A stretch of DNA of 63,009 nt, the filler included, from Octopus bimaculoides (taxonomy: Eukaryota): the NCBI RefSeq assembly GCF_001194135.2. It is 4 parts of 4 records of this genome, joined end to end, with 100 filler letters (N's around TTAATTAATTAA, not from the genome) between each part and the next. Parts side by side here need not be neighbours in the genome. Positions count along the whole stretch, not along the records: positions 1 to 29,459 come from NC_068981.1; 3 more parts are not named here. One strand, 5' to 3'. Made by a program: the position numbers and the translations under genes. The notes under the pieces were generated by a model. It was given only the letters and a program-made list of their open reading frames with translations. It was not told where the DNA came from and made no database searches. Positions 1 to 12,385 of this stretch are shown here, piece by piece; position 1 is the stretch's first letter, and every line of letters begins with the position of its first letter.

Positions 1-64
<64 letters not shown>
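1..64. repeat. (AGAT)n microsatellite
   Basis: Perfect tetranucleotide run at the window start. Confidence 0.98.
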
Positions 65-65
<1 letters not shown>

Positions 66-982
66 TACATCAATCTGTGTATCATACTTAAAGCAAATAT
101 GCACATTTAGTCATGCCATTACCGCTGTTAGAAAATGTTTGTCTGCTACGAGTATATATAATTGTCTTTTTAACACAGTACGTCTGTAAGAGATATTATG
201 AAGGAACAAATACCGCAATTAATCAGACTTTCAATAACATATCTGTATGATACATAGGCTGCTATTTTAAATTAATTCTGTTTGTCACACGAAACTAAGT
301 TGCGCGCGTGTGTGTGTGTTTATGATTTATGATATATTTTAATTTATAATATGATATTTGAATTCTCCTCACTATGAAGGAGCTAGTGCTGCAGAAACAA
401 AGTTCCTTCGCTTGAAATTAGCTTATGACAACCATGACGGGTTACCTGCCATATTATAGCTACCTTAATGTATTTTTACTGTTCAGATTTCAGCTTGTTT
501 TTGTAAAGTTCGTGTTAACCGGTTTCTTTCTTTATTTGCTTGAAAAGTCCCATCTTCGCGAGAGTGAGACTTAGGAATTCAATCATCACCAAGTGCACTT
601 AAAATTTTAGTAAAAAGTGTCGATTTACAATCTGAGTAAAGAATTTGGATGTTTCAAAACGTTTGTTAACAAATAATCTCTTTCAAAGAAATGTTAACAT
701 CTTCAGGACGGGTGATTTTTATAACTCTATATATTTTCTTTACTGCTCCAGGTGTATAATGTTTTACATTTAGCAGAATTTTGCTGACAATGTTTGAGCA
801 ATATTCTTTGTGTTAATGTTTAAACTTATGAATGTACTCAACAACAGAACAACAGAAACTGTGTGTGCGTATGTGTGTGTGTGCGAATGTGCGAGCGTAT
901 GTGTGTATATATATACCTATATACATTATGTATCCATACATACGTACATATATATAAATACATAAAGAAATATATATATATA

Positions 983-1037
<55 letters not shown>

Positions 1038-1781
1038 NNNNNNNNNNNNNNNNNNNNNNNNNNNNNNNNNNNNNNNNNNNNNNNNNNNNNNNNNNNNNNN
1101 NNNNNNNNNNNNNNNNNNNNNNNNNNNNNNNNNNNNNNNNNNNNNNNNNNNNNNNNNNNNNNNNNNNNNNNNNNNNNNNNNNNNNNNNNNNNNNNNNNNN
1201 NNNNNNNNNNNNNNNNNNNNNNNNNNNNNNNNNNNNNNNNNNNNNNNNNNNNNNNNNNNNNNNNNNNNNNNNNNNNNNNNNNNNNNNNNNNNNNNNNNNN
1301 NNNNNNNNNNNNNNNNNNNNNNNNNNNNNNNNNNNNNNNNNNNNNNNNNNNNNNNNNNNNNNNNNNNNNNNNNNNNNNNNNNNNNNNNNNNNNNNNNNNN
1401 NNNNNNNNNNNNNNNNNNNNNNNNNNNNNNNNNNNNNNNNNNNNNNNNNNNNNNNNNNNNNNNNNNNNNNNNNNNNNNNNNNNNNNNNNNNNNNNNNNNN
1501 NNNNNNNNNNNNNNNNNNNNNNNNNNNNNNNNNNNNNNNNNNNNNNNNNNNNNNNNNNNNNNNNNNNNNNNNNNNNNNNNNNNNNNNNNNNNNNNNNNNN
1601 NNNNNNNNNNNNNNNNNNNNNNNNNNNNNNNNNNNNNNNNNNNNNNNNNNNNNNNNNNNNNNNNNNNNNNNNNNNNNNNNNNNNNNNNNNNNNNNNNNNN
1701 NNNNNNNNNTATATATACATACATACATACATACATACATACATGCATACATACATACATACATACATACATACATACATA

Positions 1782-2230
1782 CAAATTCGGGATGTGTTGC
1801 GTTCCGTTACTTGATAAATGAGAAAATGTATAAACTAATGACACAACGTACACTGAATGTTAAAAACGAACGACAAACAGAAAGTCCGTAATTCTTCATC
1901 AGTTATTGACGAATTAGGGAGAAGAGTAAACAAAACAAAACAAGGGAAACGACACACAGTGTGATTTAGGATGGTGGACGTTGACGACGACTGTTCGTCC
2001 TCGTCCACCGTCTCTCCACGAGAAAACTTTTTTCGGGCACCACCAATTGGAAAGCACTCAGTCTTATCGTTAAAGGTGGGAAACTGAATATTATCAAATG
2101 GTCGATAACTGATGAAGAATTAGGGACCTTCTGGTTGTCTCCCGTTCGTTTTTACATTCCGTATACGTTACGTCGTTTGTTTATACAGTTTTTCATATAT
2201 CAAGTAACGGAACGCAACACAACGAATTTG
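1782..2230. mobile_element. TA-flanked fold-back MITE
   Basis: Left arm caaattcgggatgtgttgcgttccgttacttgata... is the reverse complement of right arm ...tatcaagtaacggaacgcaacacaacgaatttg. Arms are about 130 bp, TA flanks both ends, and there is no ORF. Confidence 0.85.
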
Positions 2231-2608
2231 TATTAACAAGTAAATTTTTTTATATACTAGTGTGACCTTCTCTCTTGTCTTTATTCTTTCCCCTTTTCCT
2301 TTCTCTTACCCTCTCACTTCTATTCTAGCCTTTCTACTTACTCTTTTCTCTCTCTCTCCCTCTTGTATTCCTAGCCTTTCTCCATCCCCTTCACCTCTTC
2401 CCTTTGTTTCTCTGTCGCTCCCTGTCCCCGCTGTCTTTCTCCTCTGCCTGCTGCTGTCACGTGAGCTGCAGCGAGTTCCACCTTTTCTTCCTTTCTTACA
2501 CTGGTCCCATAACTGACTAGTCGCAAATTCTTTGTCTCTCCGTTCTTCATCCTTCAAGACATTCTCTAATTGTTACCCACTATTTCCGTCTCTTTGGCCC
2601 CAAGGCTG

Positions 2609-2885
2609 TATTTTGTTCGACTGTTCGTCATCGTCCACCGTCCTAAATCACACTTGGTGTCGTTTTGTCTGTTTTGTTTTGTTTTGTTTGCTCTTGTCCC
2701 TAATTCTCCGTAAGAAAACCTTTTTGCGGACACCGCCAATTGGAAAGCACTTAGTCTTATCGTTAATGGTGCGAAACTGAATATTACCAATTGGTCGATA
2801 GCTGATGAAGAATTACGGGCCTTCTGGTTGTCTCCCGTTCGTTTTTACATTCAGTATATGTTACGTCGTTTGTTTATACATTTTT
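2609..2885. mobile_element. Second, partial copy (right half) of the 1782-2230 fold-back element
   Basis: Shares gactgttcgtc.tcgtccaccgtc and ccaattggaaagcact.agtcttatcgttaa...ttacgtcgtttgtttataca with the first copy. Confidence 0.85.
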
Positions 2886-3001
2886 CGGATCTTTTTGGTT
2901 TGACGGGCAACATTTTTCATTAATGTTTTCTGTAGTGTTTTTGGTACCGAAACACTTTCAAACTTCGTATACTTGTATATTTTGTATTATAGAACAGATA
3001 A

Positions 3002-3503
3002 AAAATTTTGTATTCGAAGTTATTTCATGTAAAAAGTTGTCGTATTTCTGTAATTTCAACCAATCACTGACGTCTATTGAGGTGAAAACAATCAATGACG
3101 TGGAATGTAAACAACGGTGTCATGGGATCTTTTCCCTTGAATAAAATTAGTTTTACAGTTAGGGTTAGTTTTAGGATTACGGTTAGGGTTATGATTATTT
3201 TTGCCATAACCTCACTCATAACCCTAACCCTAACCCTAAAACTCATAACCATAACCCTAACCCTAACCTCAACCCTAACCCAAACGCACGAACGATGTTA
3301 TAAATAACTACCGCCGATAGTTGTTGTTGACAAACAACGTCACTAATTTTATTCAAGGGAAAAGATCCTATAACACCGTTAGAATATGTTGTCTACATTC
3401 TTACGGCACTAACTGTATTCAGCTGAATGGACGTCAGTGATTGGTTGAAATTACACAAATACGACAACTTTAACATGAAATAACTTATTAAGAACTAATT
3501 TTT
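3002..3503. mobile_element. Fold-back element with internal (TTAGGG)-like / (CCCTAA)-like tracts
   Basis: Arms of about 150 bp are mutual reverse complements (e.g. acggtgtcatgggatcttttcccttgaataaaattagt 3114-3151 vs actaattttattcaagggaaaaagatcctataacaccgt 3342-3380). The centre holds a degenerate TTAGGG tract (3158-3195) and a CCCTAA tract (3206-3281). Confidence 0.8.
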
Positions 3504-4959
3504 GTTAAGAAGGCTAAGAGAAAAAGATGTTTTATATGACACATTCTACCAGTAATTACTCAGGGTAAGCAGTTGGTAATGTTTATGTTGTAAAACACAA
3601 GAAATAAGCGAAATACAGGCGTACGGCTGAGTTGGAGACAGATTTACTTCTGCCTTTATAGCGCGTAAAGAAAACGCTGTTGTAGGAATGTACGGAGCAC
3701 GAGTACTACAGCAGTATTATGCATAGTTTAATACTGAGATGGAAAGGCAGAGGCGAATTATGCCTACCTAATCTACAAAAAAGAAAAATAATAATAATAA
3801 TTTTCATTTTATGCATAGTAATCAGAGTAACCTTCATAATTTTATTGAATTCGCATATTTAGCCATAAAAGGAAAATGTTACTATCGATCTATTTTATTC
3901 GGTGTAGGCAAACCGGATAGTTGTATTAGGCAAAGGTTTTCTGGAAGTTATCCATCATACTCCCCGATCTGAATTTCTTTCGGAGGAGACTAGCCACTTC
4001 ATTCTTCACCGCCTCGAGATTGCCTAAGAACATCATCGCTCTTTCCCATCACTAATGTATACCTTCCGCACACAGCATTCTTAGCCAATCGTGATTGATC
4101 AAACATTAAACACCTAATTGTGGCTTTGTTTTTACATCACACGTCTCCATTTTGGGACAGTCGGACGGCTTTCGTGCCCTAGTGTCTGAGATCATGCAGA
4201 TTTGTTTTTCGGGTCGAACAAATGATCGAATATTGATTTACTGATAGCATGTCGGGAATATCTTTTCTAATTGCCTCTTCTAAGAATCTTCTGAAATTTT
4301 TCCATCTAATTTATTGTTCTCTGTCGCTACTTCTTTGCTATACCATATCAGTTCACGAATCAATCTTTTCAGAGAGATCTTTCACTTTTTGTTTGCCATC
4401 GCCGCACAGCGACGTCTCCTTACCGAACTAGTTCATAATTCGGCCACTGTTTGTCTCTGCTGCTGGAAACCACGCATAATAGTTTCTATCAGTTGTGTCT
4501 TTGTTTATGCGTGCTATGTTGACTATGCAGATCATAAACTGTGGTCTTTCCAGTTGAATGGTGGAATTTATGGACACGCTGCTTTATCTTAATCAGCTGT
4601 AGCAACAACTACTGTTTTAAGATACGATCTTGTTGACTAGATGCGACTTGTCCAAATCCATATTCTCGCATCCGGTAAATTCACACAGTTCAAATTTCTT
4701 TTTAATCAATACAATATGTAGCGCTGAGAGTATCAATGTGTTAAATTTTTAGATAACTCATTCTGAAACTCGGTTTGTCTCTAGTCAAGAAAAAAAGAGG
4801 AAATTGATTGAAATGGCATAGGTTTTGCTCTTGTACTTTAGGGTATTTAAGTGGTTGAATTCGATGATGATGATGATGATGATGATGACGACGACGACGA
4901 TGATAATTTCAAATTTTGGCACAAAGCCAGCATGTAATTATTGACCATGTAATTTCATG

Positions 4960-6570
4960 CGGCGTAGAGTTTTTTTTCTCTCGTTAGCTATTCGTGACCG
5001 GAATTCATCAGCACTCTTAAGTCCGTTGTTAGTAAATCCTTCTGCATTAGCAGCATACTATAGCATGTCTTGTTCGCTGCTTCCCAAATACTCGGCAACG
5101 TCACTTCTTTCACTGTCGATGCACTCTCGTACGCTAACCAGGCCACGTCCTCCTTTACACCTCTTCATGTAGGGCTTGTGTACGCTTGCCTTAGAGTAGA
5201 GGGCACCATGCATTATCATTGTCTTTCGGGTAATGCGATTGAATTGATTAATCGCCGTTCGTGTCCATTTCAGAATGGGTGCACTGGAGCGGATTACGGC
5301 AACGGTCCATGTGTTGATGGCAGCCACAAGGTTCCTTGCGTTGAGTTTCGACTCCAAAAGAAGTTTGAGGCGCTTCAAATATGCAATGGTGACATTGTCT
5401 TTCATACCTCTGTGCAAGATATTGTCAAGCTCCAGGATCCCAAGGTACTTGTACCCATCATCATCTAGGTCTTCCATTCTCTCTTTGTTTGGCAATTCTA
5501 TGCCCCTACAATCTGCTCTTGACCCCGTTTCAAAGTGAGCACCGCACACTTTGAGATACTGAATTCCATCGCTATATCATTGTTGCACATCTGCACAGTC
5601 TCAGCCAACCTCTCCATTTCAGGCTCTGTTTTTACAAATAGTTTTAAATCATGCATGAAGAGAAGGTGATTGAAACGGGATCCATTCTTTCTCAGCTCAT
5701 ATATCGCGTTGACTTTATGTAGAACTATAAAAAGTGGAATCAAGGCTATAACAATTAACAAAGGTGAACAAGAAACTCCCTGGATCTCCCTCTTTTGGTT
5801 GTTACCACGGTAAAGTGTTGGTTGTTACAGAAAAGACATATTTTCCAACTAGGCATGCTGTTCTTAATCGGTGCACGCACGTTCTCAGCTATTCCACACA
5901 TGTCGAATGTTTCCAGAATCTTCGAATGCAGCAAGCATTTTTAAAGTATATCCAGGTCATGCGCAAGTTTCTTTGGTGCCATTTGCAGTTCTTCATTAAA
6001 ACCTTATCGCTCATAAGGAAGTATATTGTTTTCCGCTAGGAATTTATATATTTTCCCAGCGAGGATGTTTGTGAACACTTTCCATAAGAGGTTATACAAG
6101 CAATGGGTCGGTATTTGCCAACCTCATTGCCCTTTGACCTATCTTTCATTAACAATATTGTCTTTCCCTCTACAATCCATTCCGGAACTGCAGCACTCTG
6201 TAGACAATTGTCTAAGTGCAATACAAATCTTTTGTGTTGACGTAAACCACTTGAGCCAGTAGCCTTGGATTCCGTCTGGTATACATGGTCCTCTCATGAG
6301 CCCCAGAGCGATGGAGTTCGGAATGAATTCACTCAGCACTGTGGTTGTGGGAAACTTCTTGCCTCCAAATGTTATTCCAAAATTCCTTTGCTTCAGGAAG
6401 TATATTATCTTCTGCATCTCCTCCTAAGCTCTTAAAAAGCTACCTCTGGTTATTTGAGAATAAGCTGGTTTGCTGGGACTGCGATATGTGATCAGTGTAG
6501 CGTTGCATCTTTAATGTTTTTGCCCGCGCACGTTGTTTTAGGGTTTCGATAACAGCTTTGAACCTTTCTT
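4960..6570 (-). pseudogene. R4/Dong-like (RLE-type) non-LTR retrotransposon, reverse-transcriptase region, frameshifted
   Basis: Overlapping minus-strand ORF pieces give PDGIQGYWLK, YRPIAC, LLIVIALIPL, NHLLFMHDLKLF (FMDD motif mutated), YKYLGILE, KLLLESKLNARNLVAAINTW and GGRGL. Confidence 0.88.
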
Positions 6571-6969
6571 TTCTATTATTATTATTATTGTTGTTCTTGC
6601 TGATGTTACTGTTATTATTTATGATTTAGTCACAAAGTCAGCAGTTTTCAAGCAAGGGTGTTCAGTTGATGCTACTTGACCGCTGCTTTATTTTATTGAC
6701 CCCGAATGGATGAAAAGTAAAGTTGACTACGGTAGTATTTAAAATCAGAAACTAAAGAAATGGAAATAATGCTTACTGGTCGGACAACCAAACCCAACCT
6801 TGAGAAACATGTTCAATATTCATAGCCAACGAGATCCTACTTCTAGACAGATTCCACTAAGTGAATATTTAATATTATGTGCAAAAACAAATCGCCAAAA
6901 TTCCTAACATTCCTATTTTAGCTTTGAATGAGTCATAACAACATATTCAATAGATACATTACACTATTG

Positions 6970-8202
6970 TATGCGGTGGTATGAAAAAATTCCCGGACTA
7001 GTTCTGTAGTGCACCAACACATGGTAGCACACGGTTGCGTGCGCAGTGAGAGCACCTTCATGAGACAGTATGCTGAGTGACATTGCTGTGTTTACCTCAC
7101 AAGTTGTGAAATTTGTGTTTTTGTGATCACGTGTATGTTGTAGTCTGCGATTTTGTCATGGACAGGAACAAAGACCCAGCCTGAAATTTTGCGTTAAACT
7201 TGCTAAGTCTGCAACAGAGACATTGAACATGATTCGGTAAGCTTACGGCGACGAGAAAATGGGTTGTACACAATGTTTCTTCAAAAGTGAAAGAACATCC
7301 CTGGAAGACGATGAGCGATCTGGAAGACCTGCCACGAGAGTCACCCGGAAATGTGGAGAAAATTCATCAGTTTGTGCCGGAGGATCGTCGGAGGATAATC
7401 GTCGGAAGACAATCTCTGCCCCAAGTTGTCCCCTGTCTGCTAACCACTGAGCGGAAAGAACATTGCATCGAAATCTGTCAAGATCACCGTCAGCATGTCA
7501 CTGATGGCCCATCCTTCGTATGGAGGATAATCACCGGTGACGAGAGTTGGGTCTACGGATACCATTCTGAGACGAAGCAGCAGTCGTCACAATGGAAGAG
7601 GCCTTCATCTCCACGACCGAAGAAAGCACGACAAAGCCGCAACGCAATCAAGAGCATTCTGAACGTTTTTTTATTTTTGATATCCGCGGTATTGTGCATC
7701 GAGAATTCGTCCCCGGGGCCACACCGTCAACTGGGAGTTCTACCGTGACGTTTGAAGCGTTTGAAGGAGGACATTCTGTGTAAACGACCGGATTTGTGGA
7801 GCGCGAACAATTGGATTCTTCATGACGACAATGCACCCTGTCACCGAGCTCTCCTCACTCGTGAATTCCTTGCCAAAACAACATGTTATGGCTTTTGCTC
7901 CCGCCCTATTCGCCAGATTTAGCACCTACGGGCTTCCATCTTTTCCCCCAAGATGAAAATGCAGCCCAAATGACGCCGTTTTAACACCGTTGTTAAGATC
8001 AAGAGCGAATTGCTGAAGGTCCTCGACTCGGTTACAGAAAACGACTCCCGGACCGGATTCCAAGTATGACAGGAACGCTAGGACCGGTGTATTGTTGCAC
8101 AAGGTGACTATTTCGAAAGAGATGATGTTAAAACTTAAGTAAATAAGTTTTTTTTTTTTATTAAACATAACTAGTCCGGGAACGTTTTGATACCACTTCG
8201 TA
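6970..8202 (+). mobile_element. Near full-length mariner (DD34D-type) element with an inactivated transposase
   Basis: TIRs: tatgcggtggtatgaaaaaattcccggactag (6970-7001) and ctagtccgggaacgttttgataccacttcgta (8171-8202), with TA ends. Broken ORF about 7158-8140 carries LKFCVKL, EDDERSGRP, ITGDESWVYGY, HDDNAPCH and YSPDLAP. Confidence 0.93.
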
Positions 8203-8695
8203 TTTCATAAAATAATACTCTCACACGAACACATAGCACACATACACACAGACAAGTTCTCTATCAGGTAATACATTCACTGGATTAACACTGCCTTAAC
8301 TTTTGGTGCAATGTCCATAGAATCACGTAGTCTGATATGCAGACATAACAAGTAGTTATTATACATGTTAACTCGTGACATTTTCACTAGCCTAAAATAA
8401 TATTTCAACTTTTGGTGCACCTAAGATTCATGCAGCCACGTGACCAACGTCAACGAATCAAACTATGCTTCAAGTTGAACCATATTCTCGCCATAAAAAG
8501 AAGCACATTTTTCGGATTCCAGCCACATTCGAGACAAATATGACATAGCCTCAGGACCTTCCATCTCAGACTACTTCCAAAAGTCATGATATTGTGAAAC
8601 CCGTTTAATAAACGCAAATAAATCTTTTTAAAGACACCCAAGTGCATTTTCAACTGTTATTTGATGTATGTATGTATGTATGTATGTATGTATGT

Positions 8696-9310
8696 CATTG
8701 TTCGGTTTTATTTCAAGATTTCTTGCCAATAGAGAAAGAGTCGGTTTCTTATCTAGATCTAAGGCACCTTCGTTGGAATTTCAACATCAACAACAGGGTA
8801 TTTTTGTATTTATGTATGTATGTACATGTGCAGATTTGTATGTTTTGTTTTATGTACGTATTCTCATGCATATAGTTGCATATCTAGATAATCTCATACG
8901 TATTTAAATGATAAACATCTGGTAAGTTTTACAGATTTTTACAGTTCCATTAACGGATTGGATCTGTAGTCTTCGAATTAACTTTCTGTTTTCTGGTTTT
9001 GAGACACCTAATTTCTCAAGATTAGTATTTAGGCAGTGTGTTACATATCCCAAGACCCCAATAATTACAGGTATAAACCTGAACTTGTAATCTGGATAGA
9101 GTTACTTTATATTTCTCAATAGTTCAGCATTGGTGTTCTCTTTTTCACTGATCTTCAGCTTTACGTTAACATCCGCTGGGCAGCTAATTTCCACAGCTGT
9201 ACTTAGTTTCTCTTCTCTATCCCAAATCATTATATCAGGTCTGTTGTGCTTACATTTTATTGTCTTCACTAGGACATTCCACCAGTACTCTTTTTTATTA
9301 TGAGTGGCAC
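8696..9310 (-). mobile_element. 3' end of an R4/Dong-like LINE (restriction-like endonuclease plus 3' UTR)
   Basis: Minus strand reads HNRPDIMIWDREEKLSTAVEISCPADVN...FIPVIIGVLG, a PD-(D/E)xK RLE signature. It ends at a (TACA)n tract. Confidence 0.8.
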
Positions 9311-9893
9311 CTAAGATTTATATGTGTATATGTATGTATGTTATGTGTGTGCCTGTGTGTGCGAAGAGAGAGAATGAGAGAGAGGAAGATTATACAGACA
9401 GATAGATATAAATGAACGAATGTATGTATGTATGTATGTATGTATGTATGTATGTATGTATGTATGTATGTATAGGTTGCAGAATATCTTTTATTTCAAG
9501 CGTGTTATATTGACGACACCACTTTTTGAATTTACTCTCTTAATGATTTCTACTTCTTGTTTGATATTTCCTTATTAATGCATTATGTGTAGGTTTGAAC
9601 AGGAAACTATGCAAGCCTTTAATGTTTCGAGATCTTCTCGACGTCATTAAATGGTTGTTTTATGAGCTGAGATTTTATAGTGAGAAACAAGGATCAAGGG
9701 AATTATTTTTGTGTTAATAATATCATCGACGGATTTTAACCATTATCTCCAAATTACTTTCAGCAATCAGTGACTGTTCTTAGTTTATTACTAGGGTGCT
9801 GTATTTCTGAGTAAATTTTAAAGTTTTTTTGTTTTTTGTTTTTGATTTTTTTTTGTTAATAATAAAGCTTCCATTTCTATTCGGCTAATTATT

Positions 9894-10084
9894 TCTGAAA
9901 TTCTATATAGGATGGTTATGTTATCGACTGCTTTTTCTATTCAGTTTTGTTTCATATTCTGCAACGCATGGCCATGCATTTGCAACAGGAAGCCATTGAA
10001 GCTCATTACAATACGGAACACGAAATCAAACTAGATAGAAAAACATTAGTTGTTAACACAACCATCTTATATAGAATTTTAGTA
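9894..10084. mobile_element. Small fold-back MITE with about 60-bp TIRs
   Basis: ttctatataggatggttatgtta pairs with taacacaaccatcttatatagaa, and pairing extends inward to about 60 bp. Confidence 0.7.
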
Positions 10085-10589
10085 AAAAAAAAAAAAAAGG
10101 AGTAGGATTGCAATGACAGCTTTATTAACAACAAAATACAAACTAAATTTTATCATACAGATACAGCGCCCTAATAATAAAGTAAGGACGGTTACTGTTT
10201 GCTAAGAGAAACATGAAGTGAATCGTTGACATTTTAAATCCGGCGTTGATGATTTATAAGTAACAACGTCATACCCATGATTATTCCTCATCTACCATAA
10301 AAATGCGGGAACAGAATGCACATTAAGCTAGCACCTACTTCTTCCACAAGAAGAGCGCTTGAAGGAGTTTTAATTTAAAATGGCGGACCAAGAGAATTCA
10401 TTACTATAAACTAATCAGAAAGAACTAAATGAAAAGAGTAAGGAAAAGACTAATAAAGAAATTGGGCACATCGAAAGGGAATGACATCAACCATAGTGAT
10501 GCCTTCAGTATATACATGCACGTGTGTGTCTGTGTGTGTGTGCATTATGTGTGTGTGTACGTTACGCGCGCGCGACGCAGGCACGGCTT

Positions 10590-10693
10590 GCTTTGAAGTG
10601 ACGTGTGACGTGGGTCATTTTCGGATTCAGTCCCACTGAGCGGCACCTTGGGCAAGAGTCGTCTATTATAACCCTGCGCCAATCAACGCCTTG

Positions 10694-10695
<2 letters not shown>
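10590..10695 (+). mobile_element. SINE family B, degenerate head fragment
   Basis: ggattcagtcccactgagcggcaccttgggcaagagtc matches the family-B copies at 34644 and 35190. Confidence 0.7.
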
Positions 10696-10732
<37 letters not shown>

Positions 10733-11232
10733 GTACACACACATACCATGTCTGTATGTAAATGCATGCTTATATATGAAGATATGTGAAAATACGTATT
10801 AGACAATTTGTCCGGAAGTATATCACATCTTCACGAAGAAATTTTCTAAGAAGGAAACAATCCACAGCATCATGCCCTTCAACGCTGTATATATATTTTG
10901 TAAAATAAACAGATGACGATATTAATTTGATATCATTTCAAGTGCCTTAAGTGTGTTAAGTACCTATTTTTGTTCATATGTGTGTAATGTGTGTGTGCAT
11001 GTATGTGTGTGTGTGTTGTGTGTGTGTGTGTGTGTACCTGTTGTATATGTGCGTGTGTGTGTGAGTGTGTGAGTATGTGTATATGTGTGTATGTATGTTT
11101 GTGTGTGCGCGCGTGTAGACACTATTTTCAATTTTTATAATAGATTGTTTCAAAACTGTTGAACAAAGAACCATATGTATTAAGCAACTACACATTTCAA
11201 TAAACATATGTACATATATATGTGTATTCAGC

Positions 11233-11263
<31 letters not shown>

Positions 11264-11572
11264 ATACATGTGTGTGTATGTGCATGGATATATATGGAGA
11301 GACAGACAGAGAGAGAGTCGAAAACATACGTACAGCTGTTCCATCCTTTTCTACCCACTGATGTATTGTTGTAGAAGTATATTTTACAATCGTCGAAACG
11401 TACATTGTCTAACAAAATCGATAGACCTTTTCTAAAGTACATAATAGCAAGGAAATAAAAGTAACGAAAAAAAATGTTAATAAACCAGTAATTTATTGTT
11501 CAATATAGTACGCTGCCTAGAAAAGTATTCAACATACAAATTGTTCTATCCTCTATACTTCAACGCTAATAT

Positions 11573-11778
11573 TGGTTTCAAATTTTGGCACAAGGCCAGC
11601 AGTTTCGAGGGAGAAGGTATGTCGATTACATCGACCCCCAGTGCTTCTCTGGTAGTTATTTTATCCACCCCGAGAGGATGAAAAACAAAAGTCGACCTTG
11701 GCAGAATTTGGTCTCAGAACGTAAAGACGGGCGAAATGCTGAAAAACATTTAACCCGGCGTGTTAATGGATTCTGCCA
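11573..11778 (-). mobile_element. tRNA-derived SINE family A
   Basis: Reverse complement matches the copies at 33112 and 57255 (gcagaatc..tagcacgcc...gtcgactttgcctttcatcctttcggggtcgataaa...). Confidence 0.85.
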
Positions 11779-11814
11779 TTATATTCGTTACAAGTTTTGG
11801 TACGAGGCCAGCAA

Positions 11815-12385
11815 TTCCGTGTGAGGAGGAAAGTCCTCATTTCTTTCCACAAGGTCTTCGAGTAAACACTGCTGCCTACATAGATGTTCTGAATACAGTG
11901 AGTAAGCCATGGATCGATAATGTACGCAAAGGAAGACCTTATGTGTTTCAACAAGACGCGGCACCATCACACAAGGCTACAGCAATGCAGGAATGGATGG
12001 CGGAAAATGTTTATGACCACATACCCCGCAACATTTGCCCTCCTAGTATCCCAGATTTCAATCCATTGGACTACTGTGTATGAAGCGTAGTTGAGAAAGA
12101 GGTTAATGAGCACCTTCATAACACCAAAGAATCCCTAAAAGCCTCCATAGTCAGAATAATGTCCAATATGAACACAGACCACTTGATCCTAGCATGTAAG
12201 CGATTCAGACCTGACATAGAAGCCGTTATTGAAGTTGAAGAAGACATTATTGAATAAAATGACGAAACAATATGTTTATTCTTATCCTCAAAACCTTTTT
12301 TTGGTAAAAAGACATTATTGTCTGTTTCTAAGAGCCATTTTTGTGTAAGTGTATGACTGTCCTCAAATACCTTACGCACCCTGTA
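11815..12385 (+). mobile_element. maT/DD37D Tc1-mariner superfamily transposon, 3' half
   Basis: Translates as VFQQDAAPSHKA...PPSIPDFNPLDYCV*SVVEKEVN, with 37 residues between the second and third Asp by my count. It ends ...gcaccctg-TA at about 12385. Confidence 0.85.

Noticed and set aside
645-710. Minus-strand CTGAAGA...GAAAC hammerhead-like motif
   Set aside because: G12 is missing or misplaced and no stem I pairing could be formed.
813-1891. Long ORFs spanning N gaps and (TA)/(CA)/(CATA) runs, here and throughout the track (YIYI, CVCV, HTHT peptides)
   Set aside because: They are open only because N and simple repeats contain no stop codons.
7287-7748. 153-aa ORF as a functional or domesticated transposase
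   Set aside because: It is a frameshift-bounded fragment lacking the HTH start and the last two catalytic Asp in frame.
4960-9310. RT (4960-6570) and RLE (8696-9310) fragments as one element split by the mariner
   Set aside because: On the minus strand the RLE would lie 5' of the RT, which is the wrong domain order; they are separate insertions.
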